A stretch of 64,000 bases of DNA from an uncultured Bifidobacteriaceae bacterium (lineage in GTDB: Bacteria; Acidobacteriota; Vicinamibacteria; Vicinamibacterales; UBA2999), in NCBI GenBank assembly GCA_964574545.1, contig CAZNOC010000001.1:3245-67244 (forward strand). The letters run 5' to 3'. Shown here piece after piece: positions 61,282-64,000 of the stretch. The position numbers and the translations under genes are program-made. Within the stretch, counting starts at the first letter, position 1; each line of letters starts with the position of its first letter. The notes under the pieces were generated by a model that worked only from the letters and a program-made list of their open reading frames with translations, ran no database searches and was not told where the DNA came from.

Positions 61282-61930
61282 CGATCTCGTGCGCAAGCTC
61301 GCCGCAGACGCGACGCCCGTGTCGCGACTTGCCCCGGTGCCGGTGCGGCTGGCCGTGTGGACGGCGGTCACCCTGGCGTCGGCCGTGACGGCCGTCTGGT
61401 GGCTTGGCACGCGCGGAGACCTCGTTGCGGTTGTGTGGGCGCCCGGGTTCCAGGTGAAGAGCGCCCTGCTGATCGTGACCGCGATCACCGCGGCCGCCGG
61501 CGCGCTCCTCGTCGCCGTGCCGGGCGCGGAGCGAACTGGCGCGTTCCGCTGGCTGCCGATCGCCGCGATTACGGCCTTGCTCTTGTGGATCGCCGGCGAG
61601 CTTGTGGCGGCTGCGGCGGCTGGGACCGTCAGCTGGCGAATCGGGGCGGCGTGGGGGTGTGCGGCGCAGGTGATGGCCGTGGGGCTCGTTCCCGGTGCCG
61701 TGCTGTTCGTCATGGTGCGGCGCGCAGCGCCCTTGCGCGGCATGTGGGCCGGCGTCCTGGCGCTCGTCGCCATGGGCGCGGTCGGAGCGCTCGGGACGTC
61801 GGCCATCTGTCCTGCGGATCGGTCGATGCACGTCCTCGTGTGGCACGTGCTGCCGCTCATCGCCATCGGCGCCATCGGTGCCGCGGCCGGGTACGTGTTC
61901 CTGGGGTGGATCCGGCACCTGCGGGCGTAG
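61271..61930 (+). CDS. nrsF: NrsF-family (DUF1109) membrane anti-sigma factor
   Basis: GTG at 61271 overlaps the sigma gene by 11 nt. 'TDDLVRKLAADATPVSRL', then six hydrophobic segments. Size is typical of NrsF. Confidence 0.7.
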   Translation: MRTDDLVRKLAADATPVSRLAPVPVRLAVWTAVTLASAVTAVWWLGTRGDLVAVVWAPGFQVKSALLIVTAITAAAGALLVAVPGAERTGAFRWLPIAAITALLLWIAGELVAAAAAGTVSWRIGAAWGCAAQVMAVGLVPGAVLFVMVRRAAPLRGMWAGVLALVAMGAVGALGTSAICPADRSMHVLVWHVLPLIAIGAIGAAAGYVFLGWIRHLRA

Positions 61931-61961
61931 CGGCCACCGCAACGTCCAGGACGCCCGAGGG

Positions 61962-64000
61962 CTATCGACGCGTTGCGGACACCACGACCCCTGGCCGCTC
62001 CCCGGTGGGCCGTTCCCGCAACCAGACCGGCGCGCCATTGACGAACACCGTGTGAATCCCCTGGGACAGGCGCCGCGGTTCCTCGAACGTGGCGTGGTCG
62101 ATGACCGTCGCCGGGTCGAACAACACCAGGTCCGCCTTCATGCCCTCGCGGACGATCCCCCGATCCGTGAGGCCGAGGCGGGCGGCCGGCAGCGACGTCA
62201 TCTTGCGGATGGCCTCCGGCAGCGGCATCCACTGCTCCTCGCGCACGAAGCGCCCGAGCACCCGTGGAAACGTGCCCGCGCCGCGGGGGTGACTGGTTCC
62301 GATTCCACCATCGCTCGCGACCATCACCCACGGCTGCTGGTAGAACACCCGGAGATCCGGCTCCGACATCGTGTGGCCGATCACGCCTGCTTCGTCATCC
62401 GCGACGATCCGGATGTAGAAGTCCACCTCGCTGAGTCCTTCGTCGCCCGCAGCCTGGCTGAGCCGCTTGCCGACGTGGCCGGGGAACGTCGGCAGGCGGG
62501 TGATCTGGATGTTCACCCCTCCTCCCACGTCCGACAGGGCCTTGGCCACGCTCGCGGGATCGGTCCACTGCCGGTTGGGCACCAGCACCTTCAGGTTCGA
62601 GCTCCACGCGAGGTACGGGTAGGCGTCCGCCACGACATCGACGCCGCGGCGGCGGGCCGCCTCGATGAGCGCGACCACCTCGGCCGCCTTGCCCCAGACA
62701 CCGACCGTGCCGAGCTTGATGTGCGTGATCTGCACCGGCAGCCGGGCCCGCTCGCCGACGAGGATGGCCTCACGGACCGCTTCGAGCGTCCGGTCGGCCT
62801 CATCCCGGATGTGAGAGATGTAGAAGCCGCCGTGCTTCGCCGCGACGCGCGCGATCGCGATCACCTCCTCGGTGGATGCATAGCTGCCGACCTCGTACTC
62901 GAGGCCCGAGGAGAGCCCGGCGGCGCCGGCGCGCATCTCCTGGTCGACGAGCGCCTCCATCCGCCGGATCTCCTCCCGTGTGGCCCCGCGCCGGAAGTCG
63001 TCGCCTATGACCTGGCGCCGGATGGTCGCATGCCCGACGAGCACCGCCACGTTCACCGCGGGCGCCGTCGCACGTCGCCGTTCCAGGTACTCGTCGATGG
63101 GATACGGGGAGGTGCCGTCCTGCCCCAGGACCATGGTGGTGATGCCCTGGGAGATCTGCGTGACGGCGCCAGGCTCCCGCTCGAGCCCCTCCGTGGAGTG
63201 GTTGTGCATGTCGATGAATCCGGGAGCGAGCACGAGGCCCGTGCCGTCGATCACGCGATCCCTCGGCGACGGCGTCACCTCACCCACAGCCACGATGCGG
63301 TCACCCTCGATGCGGACGTCCGCGCGCCGCAGCGGCGCGCCGGTGCCGTCAGCGAGATCGGCGCCCACGATCGTCCACGTGTCGCGCTCGCGAAGGGCCG
63401 GGATCAGGTGCGCGGCGATGGCGTCGCTGATCCGCGCCGGGCGGGCCTCGGCCAGGTTGGCCAGGACGACGATCGTCAGATCGTCGCCGAGGTACCGCGC
63501 GAGGTGGGTTTGAAATCCCTGCCACGACCCGCCGTGGCGGTGCACGTCCTGGCCGGCGATCCGGTCCACCTCCCAACCGAATCCGTACGGATGGCGCCGG
63601 CCGCTCGCCAGCCGGACAGGCTCGAACATCGCCGTCCAGCTGCTGGCGGCCAGCAGCGAGCGGGACCGGAGGGACTGGTCCCAGGCGAGGTAGTCTCGCA
63701 ACGAGAGGTAAAGCGACCCGTCCGCCGTCGTGTTCAGCACGGGCGACACCCATGTCTGGTTCTGCCACTCGCCGTCCACGAGACGATAGCCCGCGGCACG
63801 ATGGGGCACGAGGTCGGCCTCGGTGATCACCCGTGCGGTCGCCATGCCCGCGGGCTCGAACACGCGGGCACGCAGGAAGTCACCGTAGTGGGCGCCCGTG
63901 ACCCGCTGCACGATGGCGCCAAGCAGCACGTATCCGGTGTTGCTGTAGCGCCACTGGCTGCCGGGCGCAAAGTCGAGGGGCAGGTCGAAGGCCAGCCGCG
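61962..64000 (-). CDS. beta-lactamase-family serine hydrolase fused to D-aminoacylase (N-acyl-D-amino-acid deacylase); 5' end outside the window
   Basis: The frame stays open to the window edge. Upstream of the track's GTG it reads '...FAPGSQWRYSNTGYVLLGAIV', a beta-lactamase/transpeptidase motif. From about 63383 downstream come 'IVGADLADGTGAPLRRADVRIEGDRIVAVG' and 'PGFIDMHNHS', then '...GMKADLVLFDP' (D-aminoacylase). Confidence 0.75.
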   Translation of the reverse strand, partial: RLAFDLPLDFAPGSQWRYSNTGYVLLGAIVQRVTGAHYGDFLRARVFEPAGMATARVITEADLVPHRAAGYRLVDGEWQNQTWVSPVLNTTADGSLYLSLRDYLAWDQSLRSRSLLAASSWTAMFEPVRLASGRRHPYGFGWEVDRIAGQDVHRHGGSWQGFQTHLARYLGDDLTIVVLANLAEARPARISDAIAAHLIPALRERDTWTIVGADLADGTGAPLRRADVRIEGDRIVAVGEVTPSPRDRVIDGTGLVLAPGFIDMHNHSTEGLEREPGAVTQISQGITTMVLGQDGTSPYPIDEYLERRRATAPAVNVAVLVGHATIRRQVIGDDFRRGATREEIRRMEALVDQEMRAGAAGLSSGLEYEVGSYASTEEVIAIARVAAKHGGFYISHIRDEADRTLEAVREAILVGERARLPVQITHIKLGTVGVWGKAAEVVALIEAARRRGVDVVADAYPYLAWSSNLKVLVPNRQWTDPASVAKALSDVGGGVNIQITRLPTFPGHVGKRLSQAAGDEGLSEVDFYIRIVADDEAGVIGHTMSEPDLRVFYQQPWVMVASDGGIGTSHPRGAGTFPRVLGRFVREEQWMPLPEAIRKMTSLPAARLGLTDRGIVREGMKADLVLFDPATVIDHATFEEPRRLSQGIHTVFVNGAPVWLRERPTGERPGVVVSATRR

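Noticed and set aside
1-64000. tRNA, rRNA, riboswitch or other structured RNA genes
   Set aside because: No T-loop-like GGTTCGAATCC-type sequences or rRNA-like stretches were noticed in the intergenic regions. I cannot run covariance models, so small ncRNAs cannot be excluded, especially at 42805-43214, 49787-49896 and 52387-52543.

Overview
This is a very GC-rich bacterial chromosomal segment with third codon positions almost all G/C. The ADOP-type duplicated permease, the many PQQ beta-propeller proteins and the ECF sigma pairs suggest an Acidobacteriota-like origin, but that is inference only. I saw no rRNA, tRNA, CRISPR array, transposase or integrase. All family calls rest on motif recognition in the translated ORF track; no database search was possible. 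The ORF track writes GTG starts as M, so several starts were re-placed at internal ATG/GTG codons that overlap the upstream stop. About 41 kb (2.1-42.8 kb) is one giant polysaccharide locus. It has 31 co-oriented, mostly start/stop-overlapping genes (2115-37317). These encode a Ca-loop lipoprotein, an OM beta-barrel, a short Wza, Wzm/Wzt, 11 glycosyltransferase genes (12 GT modules) and 7 methyltransferases. They also encode 2 AsnB-like amidotransferases, a eukaryote-type UDP-galactopyranose mutase, a carbamoyltransferase, a deacetylase, a CelD-like acyltransferase, an orphan polytopic membrane protein and a PglC-like initiating transferase. A geranylgeranyl-reductase-like gene follows, and a convergent 3-gene operon (small secreted protein, Wzc autokinase, Wzy_C/O-antigen-ligase family protein) closes the locus. 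The main candidate for something new is this hybrid combination of ABC-transporter and Wzc/OPX/porin hardware with no recognisable Wzx flippase. The rest of the window is as follows. An AT-rich divergent control region precedes three tandem PQQ-like beta-propeller proteins. Then come a Met-rich lipoprotein, an SDR, an ADOP permease and an amidohydrolase / dihaem cytochrome c / SDR group. A heptamer tandem repeat is followed by MltB, a ferritin operon with two tiny membrane proteins and a frameshifted DinB/MDMPI-like gene. The window ends with a DAACS symporter, an ECF sigma/NrsF pair, and a beta-lactamase::D-aminoacylase fusion that runs off the window end.
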